Assembly (NCBI RefSeq): GCF_046119375.1
Contig: NW_027362771.1
Coordinates: 371,132,001 to 371,196,000 of the forward strand
Direction: 5' to 3'
Length of the DNA stretch: 64,000 nt
Source of the DNA: Phyllobates terribilis
Lineage: Eukaryota
The first letter of the stretch is position 1, and every line of letters begins with the position of its first letter. The translations under genes and the position numbers were made by a program. The notes beneath the pieces were generated by a model, which saw only the letters and a list, made by a program, of their open reading frames with translations, made no database searches and was not told where the DNA came from. Of this stretch, positions 1-11,859 are shown in pieces.

Positions 1-3
1 TAG

Positions 4-888
4 TGCCAAACACCCCCGGATTCCCAGTATGCTTGGAAGAAATTTCTGTCCCAGGTTCCCTCCAGAGAAGATTTTAAAACTCTAATAGCTGAAGTGAAAG
101 AAGCCTGCAGGTCTCAAATATCATGCGTCAGGCAAGACTTACAAAGCCTAGCAGGGCGCTTGAATACTCTGGAAGAGGATCATGATGCCACTAGAGTTTA
201 CATGAAGGACTTACAGCATGTCATAGCCAAACAAAATAAGATGGTGAAGGAGCTGCAGTCCCACATGGAAGATCTAGACAACAGGGGCAGACATTGTAAC
301 ATACGAGTCCGGGGGGTCCCAGAATCTGAGGGGCAGGAAAATCCCAAAGCAATTATTCAAGTGATTTTCAACTCTGTCCTAGGGGAACCCCCTACATCCA
401 ATATAAAGATGGACAGAGCTCACAGGGCCCTTCAACCAAAGGGTTCCTCTGCACTCATCTGTTGCTTGCATGATTTTGAAACTAAAGAGAAGATAATGTA
501 CAAAGCCAGAACACAAAAATCCATAACGTATAAAGGCAGAGATCAGCAGCTGTTCCTGGACCTCTCCAGAGTAACACTTCAGAAAAGAATCCTTAAACCG
601 CTACTAAAGATCTTGATAGACCAGCGGATTCCATACAGATGGGGTTTCCCCTTTGCCCTGCACGTGAGCCGCAATGGAACAACGTCAACCTTGAGAGTCC
701 TGGAGGACTTGCTGATTTTTTGTGACTCCCTGGGATTGTCGTGCCCAAAGATTCAGGACAGGGAGGCTCCTAACCCCCAGGAAGCTCCCTCACCTTTGTG
801 GTCTTGGAAGGAGCGATGGAGAAGGAAGAGAGGAGGGGGGAGGGAGACGTGGGGTCATCTTTACAAAATTCCTCCCGTTGATCACTAA
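4..888 (+). pseudogene. L1 ORF1p (coiled coil + RRM/CTD), partial
   Basis: Motifs MEDLDNRGRHCNIRVRGVPE, MDRAHRAL, QLFLDLSRVT and IPYRWGFP are typical of L1 ORF1p. In-frame TAG at 1-3. Confidence 0.9.
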
Positions 889-1560
889 CCCCCTAGTTTA
901 GGGGTTTCTATAGTTTCTGTGTCCCCCCTCTCTTTTGTATGCCTTGGGTGGGGGGGAGCCTAGCACAGGCCGGTGCTAAACAAGTTGTGATAGTGGTGGC
1001 ACAATCCATCACTTAATTGCTGGACATGTTTTATTCATTCATTATTGTTCAGTTTTCCTTCCTCTCTACTTCTAGTGGGTTCCCCTTTGGGAGACGAAAA
1101 CTCCCATCCCTAGTTGGTAGTTGAAGAATCTTTCAGGACACCCTCCCGAGTTAATCAGTTAAAGGGGTATTCCCTTTTTTCACCTATACTTTTTTAGCGA
1201 ATACCTGGATAGTTCCAGGGGGTTTCACTTTAAATTTGCCTATTCTGTGGGCTCATTTTGTGCTACAGGAGGGTCCCCCTTTTTCTCCAGGAGATATCCT
1301 GGGAACAAGTCTATTGAACGTAGAATTTGGTGTAGTGTCAGTGTGTTTAATGCATATTTTGTTTTCTCGTCAGTGTCTCCCCACTTCCCTCATGTGTCTC
1401 CCCTCCCTTCCATTCCTATGCGGGCTGAGGTTTCTTTGTCAGAGGATGGGGGATTTCAGAGACTTCTCAGCACAAAGGTTTCCAGATGGAGAAGGTGTTC
1501 GGAAGCGTTCCGTGAGTAGAGGCACATTAAAAGGCACATTCCATACAACAAGATATAATC

Positions 1561-2309
1561 ATGGCACGTATAATTTCACTTAATGTAAGGGGAGACCCAC
1601 TTTGACAATAAGAGCACATTCAACTTTGCTTCCCAACAATACCCCACAGTTTATTCGGGGGGGTAGCAATATTAATAGCCACGAACTGCCCGTTAAAGGT
1701 GAAGGCAACACATGTGGACCCGGGGGGTAGATACGTTTTGCTAGAATCCTTATTACAAGGTAATCGCATAATTTTGGGCAATGTTTACGCTCCTAATTCG
1801 GGACAGATAAATTTCTTACGTAGGGTATTTACCCTGATTCATAGACTGCAGCCAGGTCCTGTGTTATTGGGTGGCGACATTAACATCCCCTTTTCGGAGT
1901 CCATTGATAGGCAGTCTATTGTGGATAGGCCTCCCTCAGTGCAGCTAAGCAGAATGTCCTGGAGTTTCGTAAACTCATAAGAGCCAACTCGCTGTTCGAC
2001 CTATGGAGAATAGAGCACCCAAAAGAAAAAGGTTTCTCCTTCTACTCGCCCCCCCCCCCCACCGCACCCATACCGGCATAGATTATTTCTTCGCTAACAT
2101 TGCAGTTCTCAGGACTATGAGAAAAATTGATATAGGGGCAATTTCATGGTCGGATCATGCACCGGTGATATTAAACATAAAATCAATGGGCCCCCCAACG
2201 CGAACATGTCACTGGAGGCTTAACGAGTTTCTGATTAAAGATCCAACTATTAGAAAGACCCTCGAGTCCCACCTAACAGACTTCTTCAATTTGAACATGA
2301 ATTCAGTAT
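1561..2309 (+). pseudogene. L1 ORF2 apurinic-type endonuclease domain, disrupted
   Basis: ATG at 1561 gives MARIISLNVRG; also NVYAPN, LLGGDIN, IDYFF and SWSDHAPV. Internal deletion and frameshifts; cut at 2309 by hAT C. Confidence 0.88.
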
Positions 2310-2536
2310 TAGTGTTGAGCCACCCCCGTAGTGTTCGGGTTCGGTTCGGTTCATCGAACACCGGGATGTTTGAGGAACTGTTCGTCGAACTGTTCGTCGA
2401 ACACCTTAGAACACCGTCGAACACCGTTAAAACCAATGGCAGGCAAACAAAAACACATAGAAACACATAGAAAACACCTTCAAAGGTGTCCAAAAGCTGA
2501 CAAACTGCTCAGAAGACGCTCTCTTTAAAAAAGCTG

Positions 2537-3740
2537 GCCGGCAATTCAGCAGCGGCATACACCGGTACCCGACAATTTAGACAAGAAGGAATAGAGCATC
2601 ACACATAGATTAGATAGATAGAAACATGTCAGTCACACATATAAGAAGCACAGTGACAGTGTTGCTTACTGTACTTGTCATTTAGTGTAAAGGATTTATT
2701 TAAAAAAATAATAGTGTTTTCATGCACTGTCTCTTTAAAAAAGCCGGCCGGCATTTCAGCATCTGTACCCGACAATTTAGAATAGAAGGAATAGAGCATC
2801 ACACATAGATTAGATAGATAGAAACATGTCAGTCACATATATATGAAGTACAGTGACAGTGTTGATTACTGTACTTGTCATTTAGTGTTAAAATAAAGGA
2901 TTTATTAAAAAAAAAATTGGCGTGGGGTTCCCCTTAATTTTAGTCTCTAGCGGAGGTTAAGCAAGGGGCAGATGTTTGAAGCCTGGGAAGGGGGTAATAC
3001 CCACGGAGCTTCCCAGGCTACTAATATCAGCCCCCAGCTGAATACCTAGCCTTTACTAGCTATTAAAATGGGGGACCCCCCCAAAAAAATGACGTGGGGT
3101 CCCCCCTATTTTAATAGCTAGCAAAGGCTAGGCAGACAGCTGGGGGCTGATATTAATAGCCCAGGAAGGGAGCCATGAATATTGGCCCCCTCCCAGGCTA
3201 GAAACACCAACCGTCAGCCGCCCCAGAAATGGCGCATCCATAGGATGCCCCAATTCTGGCACTTAGCCTCGCTCTTCCACGCTGCCCTGTAGCGGTGGCA
3301 GTGGGGTAATAGGGTTGGGGTTGATGTCAGCTTATAATGCCAGCTGACATCAAGCCCAGGTTAGTAATGGAGAGGCGTCTATAAGACACCCCCATTACTA
3401 ACCCCATAGTCAAAGTTACAAAAAAAACACAAACACCCAGAATAAAGTCCTTTAATTGAAATAAACACACAATTCTTTATTTTTCTAAATTAAACCATAC
3501 TTACCGTCACGCCCATTCCAGCTGAAGCCAACGATCTCCTGCAATAAAAGAAAAATAATAAAGCAACCTCATCCTTACCTTTCCATGGTTCCCACGACAG
3601 CTTCAGCTCTGCTACATTGAGATGACAGGCTGGACCGCAGGAGAAAGCTGCCATCCAGCCTGTCATCCCGCAGACACTGAGAAGCGCAGGCATGCTTGCG
3701 CTCCTCAGTGTCTCTCTGTGACGGCATCCAGATGAGCCGA
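2537..3740. repeat. Left arm of long internal inverted repeat of element C
   Basis: Reverse complement of ~6540-6596 plus 17816-19168. Contains ~185-bp tandem subrepeats; 3420-3740 is also repeated directly at ~5840-6140. Confidence 0.85.
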
Positions 3741-3751
3741 CAATGAACTCA

Positions 3752-4085
3752 GCTCACCTCATGTACGTCACTGACAGCGTGGGAGAATTCTCACGCTGAA
3801 GCGCTGACTGCAGGAGAATTTTCCCACGCTGTCAGTGACGTGCATGAGGTGAGCCGAGTTCATTGGACATGAATGAGCTCACCTCATGCACGTCACTGAC
3901 AGCGTGGGAAAATTCTCACGCTGAAGCGCTGAGTGCAGGAGAATTTTCCCACGCTGTCAGTGACGTGCATGAGGTGAGCCGAGTTCATTGGACATGAGCT
4001 CACCTCATGCACGTCACTGACAGCGTGGGAAAATTCTCACGCTGAAGCGCTGAGTGCAGGAGAATTTTCCCAACGCTGTCAGTGA
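3752..4085. repeat. Tandem array of ~120-bp palindromic monomers (40-bp stems)
   Basis: Arms CTCACCTCATGCACGTCACTGACAGCGTGGGAAAATTCTC and its reverse complement flank a ~21-nt loop; about 3 copies. Confidence 0.88.
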
Positions 4086-5260
4086 CCAATCACCGATTTG
4101 GGCGCCACATTTAAACATCGGCCGCGACCAATCAGCACAGCGTTGTTTAAATGTGGATCCAAGATCGGTGATTGGTCGCGGCCGATATTTAAATTTGGCG
4201 CACAAATCTGTGATTGGTCGCGGGCAGCGTCCGCGACCAATCAGCACAGTAGTGTTTAACTTTGGCGGCAAGATCAGTGATTGGTCGCGGTCAAGACGGC
4301 GACCAATCACCGATTTGTGCGGCACATTTAAATAGCAGCCGCGACCAATTGGATGTCAGCGCCGCTCCCCGGTCCTCCCTTCACACCCTAGCCGCATGGA
4401 TGTCAGCGGTGCTGCCTGTGCGGATACTTCCGCTGCGAGAACCCGGGACATGAGCGGGCGCTCGGAGCAGAAGTATCCCGACCCGCAGCGCCGCTCCCCG
4501 GTCCTCCCGCGACCAATCACCGATTTGGGCGCCACATTTAAATAGCGGCCGCGACCAATCAGCGAGCTTGGCGCCAAATTTAAACAACGCTCTGCTGATT
4601 GGTCGCGGATGCCAGACGCATCCAATCAGTGAGATTGGCGCCAAATTTAAACAACGCTCTGCTGATTGGTCGCGGACTCCAGCCGCGACCAATCAGCGAG
4701 ATTGGCGCCAAATTTAAACCCCGCTCTGCTAATTGGTCGCGGATGCCGGCCGCGACTAATCAGCATTATTGGCGCCAAATTTAAACACCGCTCTGCTGAT
4801 TGATCGCGGTTGCCGGCCGCGACCAATCAGCAGTATTGGCGCCAAATTTAAACCCCGCTCTGCTGATTGGTCACAGTTGCCTTCCGCGACCAATCAGCGA
4901 TTTTGACGCCAAATTTAAACACCGCTCTGCTGATTGGTCGTGACCGCCGGCCGCGACTAATCAACATTGTTGCCGCCAAATTTAAACACCGCTCTGCTGA
5001 ATGGTCGAGGTCGTGACCAATCACCATTATTGGCGCCAAATTTAAACACCGCTTTGCTGATTGGTCGCGACCACAACCTATCAGCATTATTGGCGCAAAA
5101 TTTAAACCCCGCTCTGCTGATTAGTCGCGACCGCCGGCCGTGACCAATCAGTGATATAGTCGCCAAATTTCAACACCACTTTGCTGATTGGTCGCGGTTG
5201 CTGGCCGCGACCAGTCAGCGATTTTGGCGCCAAATTTAAACACCGCTCTGCTGATTGCGC
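4085..5260. repeat. CpG-rich ~60-bp minisatellite with CCAAT/ATTGG inverted motifs
   Basis: Repeated CGCGACCAATCAGC…GGCGCCAAATTTAAAC…GCTGATTGGTCGCG. Confidence 0.85.
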
Positions 5261-5273
5261 CGGGTCTGCCGCA

Positions 5274-5320
5274 TACATATTCTAGAATACCCGATGCGTT
5301 AGAATCGGGCCACCATCTAG
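5274..5320 (+). mobile_element. Helitron-like 3' terminus (5' end not found)
   Basis: Hairpin CCCGAT-gcgttaga-ATCGGG, then 7 nt, then CTAG followed by T, matching the Helitron hairpin + CTRR end. Confidence 0.6.
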
Positions 5321-6169
5321 TTTCATGAAATAATTTAAAAAAAAAATTGACGTGGGGCTTCGCACTATATTTGGGTCCAGCCAGGTACAGCAGGCAGGAA
5401 CGGGCTGCCCCCAACCACCAGCTGCCTATTTGTACCTGGCCAGACACAACAATATAGGGAAGCCCCTTTTTTCTTAATTAGTTCATGAATTTCATGAAAT
5501 AATTAAAAAAAAAAATACGTGGGGCTTCGCCCTATTTTTGTGTCCAGCCAGGTACAACTAGGCAGCTGGGGGATGGAATCTGCAGCGCAGGGAGACCCAA
5601 GCTTTCTGGGCCCCACCCGCTGCAAATTGCAGTCCGCTGCCACCCCGGAAAATGGCGCGTTCATAGAAGCGCCATCTTCTGGCGCTGTACCCAACTCATC
5701 CAGGGCCCTGGTGCGGTGGCTCACTGGGTAATAAAGGGGTTAGGGCCAGCTTGGCATTATCAGCTGGCCCTAAGCCCGAAATTCATGGGGTCACGCCAAT
5801 ATTAGACATGACCACTATGAATTTCTAGTAAAGTATTTAAAAAAAACACAACACCCAGAAAAAAGTCCTTTAATTGAAATAAACACACAATTCTTTATTG
5901 TTCTAAATTAAACCATACTTACCGTCACGCCCATTCCAGCTGAAGCCAACGATCTCCTGCAATAAAAGTAAAATAATAAACCAACCTCATCCTTACCTTT
6001 CCATGGTTCCCAGACAGCTTCAGCTCTGCTACATTGAGATGACAGGCTGGACCGCAGCAGAACGCTGCCATCCAGCCTGTCATCCCGCAGACACTGAGAA
6101 GCGCAGGCATGCTTGCGCTCCTCAGTGTCTCTCTGTGACGGCATCCAGATGAGCCGAGGTCATGTCCAA

Positions 6170-6535
6170 TGAACTCAGCTCACCTCATGTAAGTCACTGA
6201 CAGCGTGGAAGAATTCTCCTGCACTCAGCGCTTCAGCGTGAGAATTCTCCCACGCTGTCAGTGACGTACATGAGGTCAGCTGAGTTCAATGGACATGAAT
6301 GAGCTCACCTCATGCACGTCACTGACAGCGTGGGAAAATTCTCCTGCACTCAGCGCTTCAGCGTGAGAATTTTCCCACGCTGTCAGTGACGTGCATGAGG
6401 TGAGCTCATTCATGTCCAATGAACTCGGCTCACCTCATGCACGTCACTGACAGCGTGGGAAAATTCTCACGCTGAAGCGCTGAGTGCAGGAGAATTCTCC
6501 CACGCTGTCAGTGACGTGCATGAGGTGAGCCGAGT
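6170..6535. repeat. Second array of the ~120-bp palindromic monomer
   Basis: Same 40-bp stems as 3752-4085; 3 copies, two with the loop inverted. Confidence 0.88.
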
Positions 6536-6818
6536 TCATTGTCGGCTCATCTTTATGCCGTCACAGCGAGACACTGAGGAGCGCAAGCATGCCTGCTAGT
6601 GTTGAGCATTCCGATACTGAAATATCGGGTATCGGCCGATATTCGCGGTATCGGAATTCCGATACTTAATTCCGATACTATTGCAATATCGTATACCGGA
6701 ATCGGAAGTTCCCATAATGCAATGAGACATTTTCATTTTATTCAGCCAATGAGGATCCTAAGAAGTGTGGGCACATCCTGTTAGGCATGTAGGCATCTTA
6801 ACTAATGGCATGGCTGTG

Positions 6819-6872
6819 ATTGGCTGCTGAAATGATGTCATGATGCACTATAAAAGCCACCGCCGCCATTTT
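6819..6872 (+). promoter_or_regulatory. Putative transposase promoter of element A (reverse CCAAT, TATA, YY1-like)
   Basis: ATTGG 6819, TATAAAA 6849, GCCATTTT 6865; same order and spacing in elements B and D. Confidence 0.5.
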
Positions 6873-6989
6873 GAGCTCACTCTGCTGTGAATTCAGTTAG
6901 GGATAGGACGCTGTTGTTCTGAGGGACAGTTTTAGCTACCTATTTGCTCTATACTGCTTTACCCAAGCTACTTTCTAAATCACTGTGCC

Positions 6990-8050
6990 TTGCAGTTCTA
7001 GTGCACAGTTCCCTGTGCTGTTCACCGCTATCTGCAAGGTCTGTGTGTGTGAGTGCAGCTCACCCTGTAGTGTGTGCTTCAGCCAAGTCTGGTTGTAGTG
7101 CACTCAGTGTGTGTCACTGCCTCATACATTGTCCTTTTTTGCCAATTCATAATTTTTCCTGATATCTCCTATTAGTGTGGTGGTTCCATCTGTATTCAGC
7201 TAAATTGGTTCCAAACACACTATATAGGAGTAGATAGAGAAATTTTTTTCCGTCTTGCAGCACTAGTGCACAGTGCTCTGCATCTGTACTGTTCACCGCT
7301 GTCTGCAAGGTCTGGTGTGTGAGTGCAGCTCACCCTGTAGTGTGTGCTTCAACCCCGTCTGGTTGTAGTGCACTCAGTGTGTGTCACTGCCTCATACATT
7401 GTCCTTTATTGCCAATTCATAATTTTTCCTGATATCTCCTATTAGTGTGGTGGTTCCATCTGTATTCAGCTAAATTGGTTCCAAACACACTATATAGGAG
7501 TAGATAGAGAAATTTTTTTCCGTCTTGCAGCACTAGTGCACAGTGCTCTGCATCTGTACTGTTCACCGCTGTCTGCAAGGTCTGGTGTGTGAGTGCAGCT
7601 CACCCTGTAGTGTGTGCTTCAACCCCGTCTGGTTGTAGTGCACTCAGTGTGTGTCACTGCCTCATACATTGTCCTTTATTGCCAATTCATAATTTTTCCT
7701 GATATCTCCTATTAGTGTGGTGGTTCCATCTGTATTCAGCTAAATTGGTTCCAAACACACTATATAGGAGTAGATAGAGAATTTTTTTTCCGTCTTGCAG
7801 CACTAGTGCACAGTGCTCTGCATCTGTACTGTTCACCGCTGTCTGCAAGGTCTGGTGTGTGAGTGCAGCTCACCCTGTAGTGTGTGCTTCAACCCCGTCT
7901 GGTTGTAGTGCACTCAGTGTGTGTCACTGCCTCATACATTGTCCTTTATTGCCAATTCATAATTTTTCCTGATATCTCCTATTAGTGTGGTGGTTCCATC
8001 CATATTCAGCTAAATTGATTCCAAACACACTATATAGGAGTAGATAGAGG
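6990..8050 (+). repeat. 270-bp tandem repeat, ~4 copies, upstream of transposase A
   Basis: CACTAGTGCA recurs at 7261, 7531 and 7801. Confidence 0.9.
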
Positions 8051-8404
8051 AGCCTTTCTGCAGCATTGGGCCCTGCAGCCCCAGCCAGATTAGTATTAGC
8101 CTATTTTTTGCAGCCTCATCTATTGCATTGTAGGTTACCTTCCTACATTGTAATAGCTACAAAAAGTTTGTGATACTATCGTTATTACATCTTTAGGCAC
8201 ATCCAGTGTCTTTTTGTGACAAAAAAAACCTAAATAAAGTTCACCAAACACTCCACTTTACAGTTGTGTAGGCCACATTAGCTCATATTAAAGTCTAGTC
8301 CACACTTTATAAAATTAGTGTTTCTTATACCTGTTAGCAGCTGTTCAGGAATAAGCACACTAAGCCCTTAGTACTTTTCTGCCTATCTTTATCAGTCTAC
8401 CAAG

Positions 8405-11400
8405 ATGAAGAAGGCAGGGAGTAAGGCATGTGGTCGTGGTCGTGGGCGTGGGCGTGGAGTTTCTGCAGGGAGAGGACGTGAGGATTCTGTGCCTGCAGGG
8501 AGAGGACGTGGGGATTCTGTGCCTGCTGCGGGCACCAGTGACTCAGCATCCCCCAGTTTTACCAGGGAACAGTCCTTTATGCGCAGCTTTGTAGGAGCTA
8601 GCCGTACCCCACTGCTGCGCGAGGACCAAATTGAAGCCGTTGTCGGATGGATGGCAGCTAACGCATCGACTTCAATTAGTTCCAGATCCTCTCAGGTCCT
8701 GAGCACTGAAGAGCACCCATCTGTCTCTTCACCACCTGCCAAATTGCCCAGGCAGTCAGAGAGCCCTGGACAGGAGCCATCTCTACTTCTGTTCTCTGAA
8801 TCTCTTGGCTTGGAAAGAGGGGGCCAACCAAGCAGAATTCGAGAATTTGAAGAAGAGGTAGTATGCAGTGATGCGCAACCGTTTTGTCTCTCTGAATCTG
8901 AAGAGGCGGGTGGGCCAGTGCCTATGGTCAGCAGCACACCTCAGTACGCATCTGATGATGAGACTCAGGTGCCACTTTCTGGTGCGTACTGTGCTGTCGA
9001 GACTACCCAGGAGAAGCAGTTGTTTGAAGAGGGTGGTGTAGATGATGAGGTCCTTGACCCATCATGGCGTGAGGGACAGGAAGGTGGTGGGAGCAGCTCT
9101 GAGGAAGAGATTCCCCGAACGGCCCAAAAAGGAGGGAGAGGGAGGGGGCAGACTTGGTTGCCTGTAGCCTCCACTTCGGCACCCATTAGGAGCATGGCTC
9201 TTCCAAAATCCAAAGCGGGCGCTCCCAAGACTTGCAGTGCCTGGTCCTTTTTTGACACAGTTGCAGATGACATTTGCTTTGTCAAATGCAAGCTGTGTAA
9301 TCAGAAGGTGAAAAGAGGGAAAAGTGTCAGCAACCTCAATACCACAAATATGTGGAAACATGTGCGGACCAAGCACGTGGTGGAGTTACACAAACACACT
9401 GAAGACCTAGGCCAACCTACAGCGCCACCTACCACCTCTTCAGCTCGTGTTGTAGCCTCTTCCTCCAGCTCACACACAGCTGGTTCGGCTTCCTCACAGG
9501 ATCGCCATGGAAGAATCTCTGGCACTGTTGTACAGAGACACAGTGTAATTCCACCCACAGCACCACTTTCCCAGTCATCCTCACACTCCCAGGCCAGTCT
9601 ACAGCCATCGTTAGCACAGGCATGGGAGAAAAGGCGCCCATACTCGGCAAACCACCCCCGAGCACAGGCTCTGAATGCTGGCATTGCTAAACTACTGGCC
9701 CTTGAAATGCTATCATTCAGGCTGGTGGAGACTGACACATTCCGTAACTTTATGGCATTGGCAGTCCCACAATACAACGTGCCCAGCCGCTTTTATTTCA
9801 GCAGGCAAGCCGTCCCTGCCCTGCAACATCATGTGGAGGGAAAAATTAAACATGCGCTACAAAACGCCGTCAGTAGCAAGGTCCACCTGACCACTGATGC
9901 GTGGACCAGTAAGCATGGACAGGGACGATACCTTTCCCTCACTGCCCATTGGGTAAATGTTGTGGAGCCGGGTACAGATCTTGAGAGTGGCGCTGTACGT
10001 GTTCTGCCAACTCCAAGGATTGCAGGAATCCAGTCTGTACACATTGACTCCTCCTCATACTCCAGTTCCTCTGAATCAGCGCTGCAGGAGCCGTCACGGT
10101 CTACCTCCACATCGACCCGTGAACGGTTACCTGTTATGATGACCGATATGAGCACAGCCGTGGCCAAACGTCAACAGGCCGTATTAAAATTAATTTCTTT
10201 GGGGAATCGAAGCCACACAGCGCAGGAGCTCTGGAATGCCATCAAGCAGCAGAGTGACGTGTGGTTTGTGCCAGCGAATCTCCAGCCAGGCATGGTAGTG
10301 TGTGACAATGGCCGAAATCTGGTGGCAGCTCTGGGCCTAGGCAACCTCACTCACATCCCATGTCTGGCACATGTGCTCAACTTGGTCGTGCAGAGTTTTT
10401 TGAGGGACTATCCGGATCTTGATGCACTGCTTCACAAGGTCCGCATAGAGTGCGCTCACTTGCGGCGTTCCAGCAATGCAAGATCACGCATTGCAGCTCT
10501 GCAGCGCCGATTATGTCTTCCGGAACATCGCATCATATGTGACCTACCCACCAGGTGGAATTCAACGTTACATATGTTGGAGAGGTTGTGTGAGCAGCAG
10601 GCAGCAGTAATGGAGTACCAGCTGCAGCAGGCGCAAACAAGTAGCAGTGCGCGCCGTTCACACTTCACCACCACTGAGTGGGCCTCTATGAAGGACATTT
10701 GCCACGTTTTGCGTGCCTTCGATTATTCCACGCGGATGGCGAGTGCAGATGATGCACTAGTCAGCATGACTATCCCCCTTATCTGCCTGCTTGAAAAAAC
10801 ACTGCAAGCACTAAGGGACGAGGTTTTGGAAGAGGTGGAGGATGAGGAGTCACAAATGCCATCTGCTTCTCTACAGTCTGCGCAATGTGGTTCCTCACAA
10901 AGGCCTAGGCAGGGGACACTTTGTGAGGAGGATGAGGAGGAGTCAATGGATGAGGAAGACATCTGTCCAGAGGAGGGAGGTACACAATGCTCTAGTAGTC
11001 AGTATCTAGAGCGAGGGTGAGGTGATGCAGAGCAGGCAGAGATCACGCCTCAAGCAGGGGACAGCGTTTCTTGGCCAGTTGGCAGTCTGCAGCACATGGT
11101 TGATTTCATGCTGCAGTGCCTCAGAAACGACCGCCGCATCGCCCACATTCTCAACACGGCTGATTATTGGGTGTCCACCCTCCTAGATCCTCGCTACCGG
11201 GACAACTTACAAAGCCTCATAACACCATTGAACCGGGAGCGTAAAATGCGGGAGTACCAAGACGCACTGGTGCATTCCATCATGTTCTCCATTCCAACCG
11301 AGAGCAGTGCTGCTAGTGCTTTACAAAGCAGCTCAGTGCGTCGAGGCAGTGGAGGAAGCTCTGCACAAAGAGGGAGCAGAAGCAGCGCCTCAGCACAAGG

Positions 11401-11797
11401 CAAGACCAGTATGGCCGAAATGTGGCAAAGTTTTGTGTCCCCGCCGCCACAAATGTCTACACCATCACAGACAGCTCCAGTCAGCAGGAGGCAACGTTTC
11501 CGTCAGATGGTGACAGACTACATGTCTTGCCCTCTTAGTGTACTCCCAGACGGCTCTTCTCCCTTCAAGTTTTGGGTCTGTAAGCTGGATACATGGCCAG
11601 AGCTTAGTCAGTATGCACTGGAGGTGCTAGCTTGCCCTGCTGCTAGTGTATTATCGGAACGCGTCTTTAGTGCCGCAGGTGGTGTACTAACAGACCGTCG
11701 CATGCGACTATCCTCCGATAACGTTGACCGGCTTACTTTTCTCAAAATGAACAAGGCCTGGATCTCTCATGAATTTGCCAGTCCTCTTCCAGAATAA
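8405..11797 (+). pseudogene. hAT transposase A (BED finger, DDE, dimerization domain), 1130 aa with one in-frame TGA
   Basis: BED finger (WSFF…CKLC…WKHVRTKH), LTTDAW, VCDNG, CLAHVLNL, TRWNST, ACPAASVLSERVFS. The two ORFs are in the same frame across TGA 11018-11020, where element B has RGW. Confidence 0.93.
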
Positions 11798-11859
11798 ATA
11801 ATTGGTTGGCAACAGTATCCAGGTCTCCTGTTCTGTTCATGTTTCTACCACCTGAACTG

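Noticed and set aside
8405-11797. Domesticated ZBED-type host gene, or programmed TGA read-through
   Set aside because: It is flanked by perfect TIRs and a TSD and nested in other elements; the homologue has TGG at that site, so a simple nonsense mutation is the better explanation.
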